Assembly (NCBI GenBank): GCA_044220955.1 | Contig: JBGAQA010000075.1 | Span: forward strand, 1-34,545 | Direction of reading: 5' to 3' | DNA: 34,545 nt | DNA from: Sandaracinaceae bacterium | GTDB taxonomy: Bacteria > Myxococcota_A > Polyangia > Polyangiales > Sandaracinaceae | In this document: positions 1 to 8,357 of the stretch, piece after piece | Layout of the letters: each line of letters starts with the position of its first letter | How positions within the stretch are numbered: position 1 is the stretch's first letter | Made by a program: the position numbers and the translations under genes | The notes under the pieces: model-generated | Told to the model about the DNA's origin: nothing | What the model saw: the letters and a program-made list of their open reading frames with translations, nothing else | Database searches by the model: none

Positions 1-1109
1 AGGCGCGCGAGGATGCGTGCGACGTCCCCGGCCCGCCCCGCACACGCGTCGATGAGCCGTGCGATCCCCGCAGCGTCGATGGCGACCGAGTACGCCCTGG
101 CGAGCTCGGCGGTCTCGCCTGCCCCGAGGGGCGCGAGGGCGATCGACGCACCGAGGTCGTCTCCGACGCGCACCAGCGCGCCCGGCGGCGCTCCACCGGT
201 CGACGCGAGGCCATCGACGACGATCGTGACGGACTCGTCCGCCGCCTCGCGCGCGAGGTCGCACGCCGCGGCGGCTCGGTCCGCGGGCACGAGGACGACG
301 GGCCCGCCCGCGCGCAACCGCCGTGCCACCTGCGCGGCGAAGGCGCTCGCTCCGGCGCCGGCTGGCGCATGCACGCGGACGAGCGCGCCGGGCCTCGCCT
401 CCCTCACGACGCGCTCGATCGCCGCGGCGCGCCCGACGAGCGCCGCCACGCCGCCCCGATCCTGCGCGCGCGGCCGCGCGCCGAGCATCGCGAGCGCCGC
501 CTCGCACGAGGCCGGGCGCCCGCCCGGATCGGGATCGCACGCGCGGGTCGTGAGCGTCGCGAGCGGACTGCCCGGCGTGGCGAGCCCCTGGAACGTCTGG
601 CCGAACGCGAACAGATCCCCCGCGACGCTGGCGCTCGCGCCGACGAGATACTCGGGCGCGAGATACGCGGCGGTGCCCCCCGCCGGACGCTCGCCGATCC
701 GCACCGCGAGCCCGAGGTCGATCACGCGCGCCCGGCCGTCGACGACGAGGATGTGCTCGGGCTTGAGATCGCCGTGCACGAACCCCGCCGCGTGGAGGGC
801 GAGCAGCGCGCGGAGCACGTCGATCGCGACCTCGCCCGTCGACGCATGCGACGCGTCGAGGGGGCGACCCTCGACCCACTCGAGCACCAGCGCACGCGCC
901 CCGCGTACGAGCCCGTGGTCGACGAGCGCGCGGAGCGCGGGATGTGCGACGCGATCGGCCACCACGATCTCGCGCTCGATCGCGCGGACGGGATCGGGAC
1001 TGGCCGCGGTCTTCAGGTGCACGGGCTCGCCCGTGATGCGATCACGGCCCCGCGCGATGCCGGGCCGCATCGACCAGCCTTCGAACCGCCGCTCGAGCCA
1101 CGAGAGCAA
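1..1109 (-). CDS. Ser/Thr protein kinase fused to a degenerate P-loop ATPase-like region (runs off the left edge)
   Basis: Not in the ORF track; translated by hand on the minus strand: ...GEPVHLK...LVLEWVEGRPL...GFVHGDLKPEHILV...RVIDLGLA...GGTAAYLAPE...GDLFAFG...DPDPGGRP, then LVGRAAAIERV...VHAPAGAGASAF...TIVVDG. Start is TTG 1109 or ATG 1070. Confidence 0.85.
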   Translation of the reverse strand, partial: MLSWLERRFEGWSMRPGIARGRDRITGEPVHLKTAASPDPVRAIEREIVVADRVAHPALRALVDHGLVRGARALVLEWVEGRPLDASHASTGEVAIDVLRALLALHAAGFVHGDLKPEHILVVDGRARVIDLGLAVRIGERPAGGTAAYLAPEYLVGASASVAGDLFAFGQTFQGLATPGSPLATLTTRACDPDPGGRPASCEAALAMLGARPRAQDRGGVAALVGRAAAIERVVREARPGALVRVHAPAGAGASAFAAQVARRLRAGGPVVLVPADRAAAACDLAREAADESVTIVVDGLASTGGAPPGALVRVGDDLGASIALAPLGAGETAELARAYSVAIDAAGIARLIDACAGRAGDVARILAR

Positions 1110-1114
1110 GGATA

Positions 1115-1208
1115 AATAGTAGCTGCACTATTCATAAGTGTCGTCTGACATTTTCGACGGCAAATAGCCGAATGATTCAGCGGATTCGTCGTCGGCACCG
1201 GCCTTGAT
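1115..1208 (+). promoter_or_regulatory. AT-rich divergent control region with palindromes and a sigma54-like -24/-12 element
   Basis: AATAGT-N6-ACTATT (1115-1132); TGTC-N4-GACA (1139-1150); CGGCAC-CGGCC-TTGAT (1193-1208), which has GA instead of the canonical GC at -12. A GGAGG RBS precedes ATG 1233. Confidence 0.45.
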
Positions 1209-1232
1209 GGTGCCCGGCGCGGAGGTGCTCTC

Positions 1233-1991
1233 ATGTCTCGCTCTGCTCGCTTCTCCTTCACCGTCCTCTTCTTCGCCGCGCTCGGCTGCCAGTCGTCGCC
1301 CGTCACGCCGGGAGGCTCGTACGCGGTGACCTCGTGCTCGTCCGCCGGCGACTGCGCGGACGGATCCGTCTGCACGCGGGACCACTGCTTGCTCGCCTGC
1401 GCGACCGACGCGGACTGCCCGGCGGGCGCCGCATGCGCGGACGGCGAGTGCTACGCGGGACGCTTCGGCGCGTGCAGCGCGGACGGCGAGTGCCGCAGCG
1501 GCGAGGTCTGCGTCGCGGGCGCGTGCGCCGAGCTCCCCGACTACCGTGGGTGCAGCGCGGACTCGGACTGCCCGACCGGTGCGGCGTGCGATGCGACGAC
1601 GGGTACCTGCGAGGCGCTCTGCGTGCCGAGCGCCGAGCTCTGCGACAACGGGCTCGACGACGACTGCGACGGGGTCGTCGACGACGGCTGCACACCCATC
1701 GCGTGCTCGACGGACGCCGACTGCGCGGTCGGCCAGGCCTGCGTGAGCGGCGTCTGCGCCGCGGGCCCGAGCGCGTGCTCCACGGACGCCGACTGCGCGA
1801 GCGGCGAGGCATGCGTGAGCGGCGTGTGCACCGCACGCACGCCGACCTGCGTCGCCGAGGTCTGCGACAACGGCATCGACGACGACTGCGACGGCATCGT
1901 CGACGACGGATGCTCGGCGTCCGGGTGCACGACCGACGCCGACTGCGCGGCCGGCCAGGTCTGCGTCTCCGGACTCTGCACCGCTGGTTGA
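1233..1991 (+). CDS. Cys-rich repeat lipoprotein (CxxDxDCxxGxxCxxGxC repeats plus ExCDNGxDDDCDGxxDDGC putative metal-binding repeats)
   Basis: Signal peptide with lipobox ALGC, about seven DxDC-type repeats, two DDDCDG motifs, RBS. Confidence 0.85.
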   Translation: MSRSARFSFTVLFFAALGCQSSPVTPGGSYAVTSCSSAGDCADGSVCTRDHCLLACATDADCPAGAACADGECYAGRFGACSADGECRSGEVCVAGACAELPDYRGCSADSDCPTGAACDATTGTCEALCVPSAELCDNGLDDDCDGVVDDGCTPIACSTDADCAVGQACVSGVCAAGPSACSTDADCASGEACVSGVCTARTPTCVAEVCDNGIDDDCDGIVDDGCSASGCTTDADCAAGQVCVSGLCTAG

Positions 1992-2042
1992 GCGACGCCT
2001 CGCGCGGTACGACGTGCCGAGGGCCGGAGAAGGACCGAGACG

Positions 2043-2825
2043 ATGACGACGATGCGACCGATCCTCCGCTGGACCCTCGGCGCGCTCGCGCTCGCCGCCC
2101 TGGGCGCGATCGCCCTGCCCGCGTGCGTCGGCACGCCGCTCCCGGATCCGCCCTCGCTCACCGAAGCGCTCGTCAGCCTGAGCGTCACGCCGCAGGTCGA
2201 CTCGGTTCGGCTCGTGGGGCGCGCAGGGGCGATCCGACCCGGCGGCGCCACGCTCCGCATCACGGCGCCACCGCGCGCGGGGATCCTCGTCGCGACGAGC
2301 GCCGACGGCTCGTTCGGACGCATCGTGCCGGGCGCGCCCGGCGACATCTTCTACGTGGAGCTCGTGCTCGCGGACGAGGATCGCTTCGTCGGCGCGTACA
2401 CGGCGGTCGTCGGCACTGCGTTCGTGGGCGCGAGCGCCGGCCCCGACGGCGACACCGACGGCACGCCCGACGTGATCGACTGCGCGCCGGCCGATCCTCT
2501 GCAGGCAGGCCAGCGCTGCGGCGGGGCGTGCGCGACGGATGCCGACTGCGCCGCGGGCCAGACCTGTGTCGCGGGGCTCTGCAGCGCCTCGGCCGCGACG
2601 TGCGTCGCCGAGACGTGCAACGGCGTCGACGACGACTGCGACGGCATCGCGGACGACGGCGATCCCGGCGGCGGCGTCCCCTGCACGCCAGCGACGGGAT
2701 CGTGCCCCGGCACCGTGGCGTGCAGCGGCTCGCCGAGCTGCGTGCCGATCACGCCCGCGACCCGCGAGACGTGCGGCAACGGGCTCGACGACGACTGCAA
2801 CGGCGTGATCGACGACGGCTGCTGA
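2043..2825 (+). CDS. Lipoprotein with an N-terminal beta-rich domain and C-terminal Cys-rich/DDDCDG repeats
   Basis: Lipobox LPAC; DGDTDGTPDVIDC, CATDADCAAGQTCVAGLC, ETCNGVDDDCDG, ETCGNGLDDDCNG. AAGGA lies upstream. Confidence 0.85.
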   Translation: MTTMRPILRWTLGALALAALGAIALPACVGTPLPDPPSLTEALVSLSVTPQVDSVRLVGRAGAIRPGGATLRITAPPRAGILVATSADGSFGRIVPGAPGDIFYVELVLADEDRFVGAYTAVVGTAFVGASAGPDGDTDGTPDVIDCAPADPLQAGQRCGGACATDADCAAGQTCVAGLCSASAATCVAETCNGVDDDCDGIADDGDPGGGVPCTPATGSCPGTVACSGSPSCVPITPATRETCGNGLDDDCNGVIDDGC

Positions 2826-2832
2826 CGCCGTT

Positions 2833-2905
2833 CGTCCCCCGATTGCATCGGCTCGCCTCTGCGGCCCCTCCCGTCTGCGGGCCGCACCCGCTCCCGTCCG
2901 GGACG
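2833..2905. terminator. Nested GC hairpin between convergent genes (possible terminator or REP-like element)
   Basis: TGCGGCCC (2860-2867) pairs with GGGCCGCA (2879-2886); CGTCCC (2833-2838) pairs with GGGACG (2900-2905). No U-tract. Confidence 0.3.
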
Positions 2906-2937
2906 TCCGTGGCGAGCACTCCTGTCATCGACGCGGC

Positions 2938-3891
2938 TCAGGCCCGCTCGCGACGCACGCGATCGAGCGCGACCGCGACCACGATGATCGCGCCGACCAC
3001 GATCTCCTGGACGTAGGTCGGCACGGCGGTGAGCGTGCAGCCGTTCGCCAGCACCGCCATGAAGAACGCGCCCAGCAGCGAGCCCCCGATGCTGCCGCGC
3101 CCGCCGCTGAGGCTGCCGCCGCCGATGACGACGGCGGCGATCACGTCGAGCTCGAGGCCGAGCGCGGTCGTGGGATCCCCGACGGTGAGGCGCCCGAACT
3201 GGAGCACGCCCGCCAGGCCCGCGAAGATGCCTCCGAGCGTGTAGACGGCGAGCTTCACCCGCTCGACGCGCACGCCCGCGAGGCGCGCGGTGGGCTCGCT
3301 CGACCCGACGGCCAAGAGGTGTACGCCGAGCACCGTGCGATGCAGGACGAACGCGACGGCGCCCGCGAGGAGCAGCGTGATCCAGGCGCCGCGCGAGACG
3401 ACCAGCCAGCGCGGATCCGGCGTCTTGCGCATCAGATCCTCGAGCCAGCCGGCGGGCGCGTTCACGGTCTGCTCGTCCGCGAGCCACTTCGCGATGCCGC
3501 GCGCGATGCCCATGGTCCCGAGCGTGACGATGAAGGGGACGATCCTCAGCCGCGTGACGAGCAGGCCGTTCAGCGCGCCGGAGGCCGCGCCGACCGCGAT
3601 ACCGCCGACGAGGCCGGTGAGCGGCGAGGCCCCGTCGTGGAGCAGCACGGCGGTCGCGACGCTCGAGAGCGCGACGACCGAGCCGACCGAGAGATCGATG
3701 CCGCCGCTCGCGATCACCAGGGTCGCGCCGATCGCGCCGATCGAGACGATCACCGTCTGCGTGACGACGGTGCGGAAGTTGTAGAGCGAGAGGAACTGGT
3801 CCGGGACGAGCAACGAGAAGAGGACGAGCGCGAGCACGACGCCCATCGCGGGGCCGGCGGAGGCGAGCAGCGCGCGGGCACGGTCCTTCAC
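2938..3891 (-). CDS. rbsC: Sugar ABC transporter permease (RbsC family)
   Basis: GGIDLSVGS, IVPFIVTLGTM, ELDVIAAVVIGGGSLSGGRGSI. GTG start at 3891 overlaps the ATPase stop (GTGA). Symbol is family-level only. Confidence 0.92.
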   Translation of the reverse strand: MKDRARALLASAGPAMGVVLALVLFSLLVPDQFLSLYNFRTVVTQTVIVSIGAIGATLVIASGGIDLSVGSVVALSSVATAVLLHDGASPLTGLVGGIAVGAASGALNGLLVTRLRIVPFIVTLGTMGIARGIAKWLADEQTVNAPAGWLEDLMRKTPDPRWLVVSRGAWITLLLAGAVAFVLHRTVLGVHLLAVGSSEPTARLAGVRVERVKLAVYTLGGIFAGLAGVLQFGRLTVGDPTTALGLELDVIAAVVIGGGSLSGGRGSIGGSLLGAFFMAVLANGCTLTAVPTYVQEIVVGAIIVVAVALDRVRRERA

Positions 3892-5393
3892 GCGGCCGTC
3901 TCCAGCGTCGCGGCCTCGAGCAGGCTCGCCTCGGTCCACTCCGAGACGGGGCGCGCGCTGCCGAGCACGCCCCGGCGCATGACCGCGATCCGGTCGCAGA
4001 CGCCGAGGAGCTCGGGGAGATACGAGCTGACGACGAGCACGGCCTTGCCGGCGGCGCAGAGCCCGTCGATGCGCGCGTAGATCTCGGACTTGCTCCCGAC
4101 GTCGATGCCGCGCGTCGGCTCGTCGAGGAGCAGCACGTCGGCGTCTTGCTGCAGGAGGCGCCCGAGCGCGACCTTCTGCTGGTTGCCGCCCGAGAGATCG
4201 CCCGCGCGCTGCGAGGGGCCGCGCGCCTTGATGCCGAGCTTCTCCATCCAGCCCCGCGCCGCACGCTCGCGCTCGCCCACGCGCAGCACACCGAAGCGGG
4301 AGACGTCCCGGGTGAGCATGAGGTTGTCGGCGATCGGCCGATCGAGCGCGACCCCCTCGGACTTGCGGTCCTCGCTGAGCAGCCCGACGCCCTGCGCGAT
4401 GCGCGTGGGGACCGGCGCGCCGCCGTCCGTGCGCGCCGCCACGGTGATCGACCCCGCCCGCACGGGCTCGAGGCCGAGCACCGCGCGGACCAGCTCCGTG
4501 CGCCCGGCACCCACGAGCCCCGCGATGCCGAGGACCTCGCCGCGCCGGAGCTCGAGCGACGCGCTGGCCGGCAGGCGCGCGCCCGCGAGGCCCTCGAGGC
4601 GGAGGACGACGTCACCGGCCGTGCGCGCGTGGGGCGGATAGATCTCCTCGAGCGGGCGGCCGACCATCTGCGCCACGATTGCCCTCGTGGGCGTCCCGGC
4701 CACGACCCCCGCGCCGACGGTCTTCCCGTCGCGGAGCACGGTGTAGCGAGCGGCGAGCCGCTCGACCTCCTCGAGGAAGTGCGTGATGTAGACGATCGAC
4801 ACGCCGCGCTCCCGCAGGCGCGCGAGGACGCCGTCGAGCGCGCCTGCCTCCACGGCAGAGAGCGAGCTCGTCGGCTCGTCGAGCACCACGAGCGTGGCGT
4901 CGAACGCGAGCGCACGGCCGATCTCGACGAGCTGCCGCGCGCCGGGGCCGAGCGTGCGCACGACCCGGTCCGGAGCGAGGTCGGGGTGGGCGAGCACCGA
5001 GAGCACGCGCTCCGTCAGAGCGCGGCGAGCGGCGCGGTCCACGAGCCCGAGGCGCGAGGGCTCACGTCCGAGCACGAGGTTCTCGGCGACCGTCAGGTCC
5101 GGCGCGAGGTTGAGCTCCTGATAGATCATCGCAACGCCCGAGCGCAGCGCGTCGAGCGGTCCGCGGGGCACGTAGGGAGCGCCGGCGAGCTCCATCGTGC
5201 CCGCATCCGCGCGCTCGGCGCCGCTCAGCACCTTCATCAGCGTGCTCTTGCCGGCGCCGTTCTCGCCGACGAGCGCGTGCAGCTCGCCACGCGCGACCTC
5301 GAGGTCGACCCCGCCGAGCGCCACGAGCGCGCCGTAGCGCTTGTGGATGCCCGACATCCGCAGGATCGGCGCGGCGCCCCGGCTCACGCTCAC
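3888..5393 (-). CDS. rbsA: Sugar ABC transporter ATP-binding protein with two ABC domains (RbsA family)
   Basis: GENGAGKST, LDEPTSSL, LSGGNQQKV, LLDEPTRGIDVG. GTG 5393 overlaps the binding-protein stop. Symbol is family-level only. Confidence 0.93.
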   Translation of the reverse strand: MSVSRGAAPILRMSGIHKRYGALVALGGVDLEVARGELHALVGENGAGKSTLMKVLSGAERADAGTMELAGAPYVPRGPLDALRSGVAMIYQELNLAPDLTVAENLVLGREPSRLGLVDRAARRALTERVLSVLAHPDLAPDRVVRTLGPGARQLVEIGRALAFDATLVVLDEPTSSLSAVEAGALDGVLARLRERGVSIVYITHFLEEVERLAARYTVLRDGKTVGAGVVAGTPTRAIVAQMVGRPLEEIYPPHARTAGDVVLRLEGLAGARLPASASLELRRGEVLGIAGLVGAGRTELVRAVLGLEPVRAGSITVAARTDGGAPVPTRIAQGVGLLSEDRKSEGVALDRPIADNLMLTRDVSRFGVLRVGERERAARGWMEKLGIKARGPSQRAGDLSGGNQQKVALGRLLQQDADVLLLDEPTRGIDVGSKSEIYARIDGLCAAGKAVLVVSSYLPELLGVCDRIAVMRRGVLGSARPVSEWTEASLLEAATLETAA

Positions 5394-6406
5394 TCCGCGT
5401 CGAGGATCGAGAGATCCGGCGCGAGCAGCCGGTGCACGTCGGGCTGGTCCATGTTCTCTGCCGTCACCATCGTCGCGCCCGTGTCGATGCGCGCCTCGAC
5501 GTGCTCGCCGCGCAGGCTGGCGACCGCCGTGCGGACCGCGAGCTCGCCCATGCGCTCCGGGTTCTGCAGCACGAGGCCGTCGATGTCGCCCGCGCGCAGG
5601 GCGTCCACCATCGCCTCGTTCGCGTCGAAGCCCACCAGCCGGACGCGGTGCTCGGCGTTCGGCCCCGCGCGCGACGCGTCCCGGAGCGCGCGCAGCATCC
5701 CGAACGTCGTCGACTCGTTGGGCGTGAACGCCGCGTCCACGTCGGTGAAGCGCACCAGCAGCGACTCGGCCGTCGCGTACGCGCTCTCGGTCGTGGCGCC
5801 CCCGTACTGGTTGTCGCTCACGATCTCGATCCCCGGATGGTTCGCTCGCATCGCGTCGAGGAACCCACGCTCGCGCTGGGCCGTCGAGTCGCTGCCCTCC
5901 TGGTAGCGCATGACCATCACGCGCCCGTGATCGCCGAGCAGCGCCGCCACGCGCTCCGCCGCGAGCGCGCCGCCGGCGGCGTTGTCGGTCGCGACGAACG
6001 AGACGAGCCCGTCCCAGCTCATGCCCGAGTCGAACACGACGACCGGGATGTGCTCGCCCTGCGCCTCGCCTGCGACCGGGTTGAGCGCCGTCGCGTCGAG
6101 AGGTGCCAGAACGATCGCATCCACGTGCCGCGTGATCATGTCCTCGACCACGCGGATCTGCCCCGCGCGGTCGTCCTCGCGCTGCGGCCCCTGCCAGAGC
6201 ACGTCCACGTCGAGGTCGTGCGCCGCCCGCAGCGCGCCCGCGTGCACCGAGCGCCAGAAGACGTGGGTCGTGCCCTTCGGGATCACCGCGATGGTGGTGC
6301 GATGCGGCGCGGCGGGGGGCTCCGAGGTCGGCGCCGGCGCGGTGTCGTTGCTGCTCCCACAAGCGACGACGAGGAGCGCGGAGAGTGCGAGGACGTGGAG
6401 ACGCAT
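5390..6406 (-). CDS. rbsB: Sugar ABC transporter substrate-binding lipoprotein (RbsB family)
   Basis: Lipobox VVAC; IAVIPKGTTHVFW, IPVVVFDS, VATDN, RERGF, LVGFD, IDTG. Actual substrate is uncertain. Confidence 0.92.
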   Translation of the reverse strand: MRLHVLALSALLVVACGSSNDTAPAPTSEPPAAPHRTTIAVIPKGTTHVFWRSVHAGALRAAHDLDVDVLWQGPQREDDRAGQIRVVEDMITRHVDAIVLAPLDATALNPVAGEAQGEHIPVVVFDSGMSWDGLVSFVATDNAAGGALAAERVAALLGDHGRVMVMRYQEGSDSTAQRERGFLDAMRANHPGIEIVSDNQYGGATTESAYATAESLLVRFTDVDAAFTPNESTTFGMLRALRDASRAGPNAEHRVRLVGFDANEAMVDALRAGDIDGLVLQNPERMGELAVRTAVASLRGEHVEARIDTGATMVTAENMDQPDVHRLLAPDLSILDAE

Positions 6407-6434
6407 GTGGCTCGATCGCCGGTTTTCCAGGCCC

Positions 6435-6440
6435 TGTCAA
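6435..6440 (-). promoter_or_regulatory. Consensus -35 hexamer TTGACA upstream of the ABC transporter operon
   Basis: Plus-strand TGTCAA at 6435-6440, 28 nt upstream of ATG 6406. The matching -10 is poor. Confidence 0.45.
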
Positions 6441-6453
6441 CGCGCGCGGGCAG

Positions 6454-6484
6454 AGTTGCCATTTTTCATGTAAAAATGGCAACT
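6454..6484. promoter_or_regulatory. Perfect 13-bp inverted repeat (operator-like)
   Basis: AGTTGCCATTTTT-CATGT-AAAAATGGCAACT, AT-rich in a GC-rich background and abutting the ATPase start. Confidence 0.8.
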
Positions 6485-7624
6485 GTGTTCGCGCGCCAGC
6501 TGGTCCCTCCCGGGAAGGAGAGCTTCTTCCTCTTCGGCCCGCGCGGGACGGGGAAGTCGACGTGGGTCGCGGCCTCGATGCCGAAGGCGTTGCGTCTCGA
6601 CCTGCTCGACCTCGGGGTCTACGGTGAGCTCCTCCGGCACCCGGAGCGACTCGCCGCGATGATCGCCTCGGCCGGTGCGCGCGAGGTGATCGTCGACGAG
6701 GTCCAGCGCCTCCCCGCGCTCCTCGACGAGGTCCACCGACTGATCGAGACCGAGAAGGTGCGCTTCGCGCTCACGGGATCGAGCGCCCGCAAGCTGCGTC
6801 GAGGCGGCGCGAACCTGCTCGCCGGGCGCGCGCGCACGCTCGAGATGCACCCGCTCACGGCCGCGGAGCTCGGCAGCGCGTTCGATCTCGCGCGCTCGCT
6901 CCGGGTCGGGCACCTGCCGACCGCCTACACCGCCGGAGACGCGGAGCGCTTCCTGCGGAGCTACGTCGGCACCTACCTGCGCGAGGAGGTCCAGGCCGAG
7001 GCCCTGACGCGCAACCTCGACGCGTTCTCCCGCTTCCTCACGAGCGCGAGCTTCTCGCAGGCGAGCCCTCTGTCCATCTCCAACATCGCGCGCGACGTGG
7101 GCATCAGTCGGAAGACGGTGGAGAGCCACTTCGACCTGATCGACGATCTCTTGCTCGCCGTCCGGATCCCGGTCTTCACCCGACGCGCCAAGCGCGCGAT
7201 GACGGCGCACCCGAAATTCTACTACTTCGACGCGGGCGTGTTCCGTGCCCTCCGGCCACGCGGTCCGCTCGACGTCGGAGACGAGATCGACGGCGCTGCG
7301 CTGGAGACGCTCGTCATGCAGGAGCTGCGCGCCAACAACGCCAACCTCGAGCTCGGCTACGACCTCTTCTACTGGCACACCCGCGATCACCGGGAGGTCG
7401 ACTTCGTCCTGTACGGCGAGCGGGGCCTCGTCGCGATCGAGGTCAAGCGCAGCAGTCGCTTCCGCGAGGCCGACCTCGACGGCCTCAGGCTCTTCCACGC
7501 CGACTATCCGCCGGCCCGCTGTCACTTGTTCTACGGCGGCGCGCGCGAGTACGAGATCGACGGGATCCGGGTCTGGCCGTTGGCCAAGGCCCTGCCTGCG
7601 CTGCCCGATCTGCTCTCGCGGTGA
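6485..7624 (+). CDS. AAA+ ATPase (AAA_14/DUF4143 type) with C-terminal PD-(D/E)xK nuclease-like motif
   Basis: Walker A GPRGTGKST, Walker B VIVDEVQR, LTGSSARKL, LAGRA, PKFYYFDAG, EVDFV...AIEVK. Start is GTG 6485 or ATG 6476. Confidence 0.9.
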   Translation: MFARQLVPPGKESFFLFGPRGTGKSTWVAASMPKALRLDLLDLGVYGELLRHPERLAAMIASAGAREVIVDEVQRLPALLDEVHRLIETEKVRFALTGSSARKLRRGGANLLAGRARTLEMHPLTAAELGSAFDLARSLRVGHLPTAYTAGDAERFLRSYVGTYLREEVQAEALTRNLDAFSRFLTSASFSQASPLSISNIARDVGISRKTVESHFDLIDDLLLAVRIPVFTRRAKRAMTAHPKFYYFDAGVFRALRPRGPLDVGDEIDGAALETLVMQELRANNANLELGYDLFYWHTRDHREVDFVLYGERGLVAIEVKRSSRFREADLDGLRLFHADYPPARCHLFYGGAREYEIDGIRVWPLAKALPALPDLLSR

Positions 7625-7667
7625 CGGATGTCTGCCCCGCCCCCGCCCGCGTAGGCTCGCGAGCACG

Positions 7668-8290
7668 ATGGCCAACGCAGGCTCCGCGTCCAGCATCTTC
7701 GGTGCGGTGCTCCCACCCAAGGGCTTCACGGAAGTCCGACCCTTGACCTGGGCACGCGCCCGGACCGACTCGATCCGCGACGCCGTCGATCTCGACGCGC
7801 TGAAGGGCGGCCAGCGCTCCCTCCGGTGGGGCATCGACCTCGCGTTCGTACCCTCCGCTCGCGGTCGCGCGCTGCGCTGGAAACGTCAGCTGCAGAGAGT
7901 CGTGATGGACCTCTGCATCGACCCGATCGACGAGACCGGCGAGGTGTCGGACGAGTACGCGTACGTGGACATCCCGGGCTACGAGGTCCCGAGCGCGGCT
8001 GCCCTCGAGCGCATCGCGAACGCGAAGGTTCCGCCCGCCGTCGCGGAACTGGAGAAGATCGACTCGGTCGAGCGATTCGTCGCGGTGCTCGACGCTCGTT
8101 CGTGCCGACGCTGGGAGCGCTTCTCTCCGGAGAGCTACACGCAGATCCACCTCGCATGGGGCTCGCGCTGCACGCCCTCGGTGATCGAGAGGGCGCCGAA
8201 GCGCATCTGTCGACGTTCTGCCAACGCGGCCGTTTCGAGCGAGCCGACCGGCTGCTCAGCCGGGCCGTCGAAGCCGTGGCGCTGCGGTGA
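7668..8290 (+). pseudogene. Hypothetical protein with an apparent 1-nt frameshift at a G-run (pseudogene or sequence error)
   Basis: Protein-like sequence MANAGSASSIFG...YTQIHLAWG continues plausibly only in the shifted frame (LALHALGDREGAEAHL...VALR, stop 8290). The switch is at TGGGGCTC, about 8157-8164. Confidence 0.6.
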
Positions 8291-8357
8291 GCGATCGACT
8301 CGCGACCTCGACCCCACGCTCGCCCTCCGCCTCTCCCTCGTCGTACGCTCCGCCGCC

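Noticed and set aside
13..1119. 368-aa plus-strand ORF
   Set aside because: Antisense shadow of the minus-strand kinase gene.
1620..1990. CRISPR-like spaced repeats
   Set aside because: The repeats are in-frame coding modules of a Cys-rich protein, degenerate at third positions, and no cas genes are present.
3888..6482. N-terminal extensions in the ORF track (864-aa ABC ATPase; likewise 730-aa AAA, 1197-aa SucA, 719-aa Lnt)
   Set aside because: The extensions overlap neighbouring real genes; family-like sequence begins at the downstream starts given in the features.
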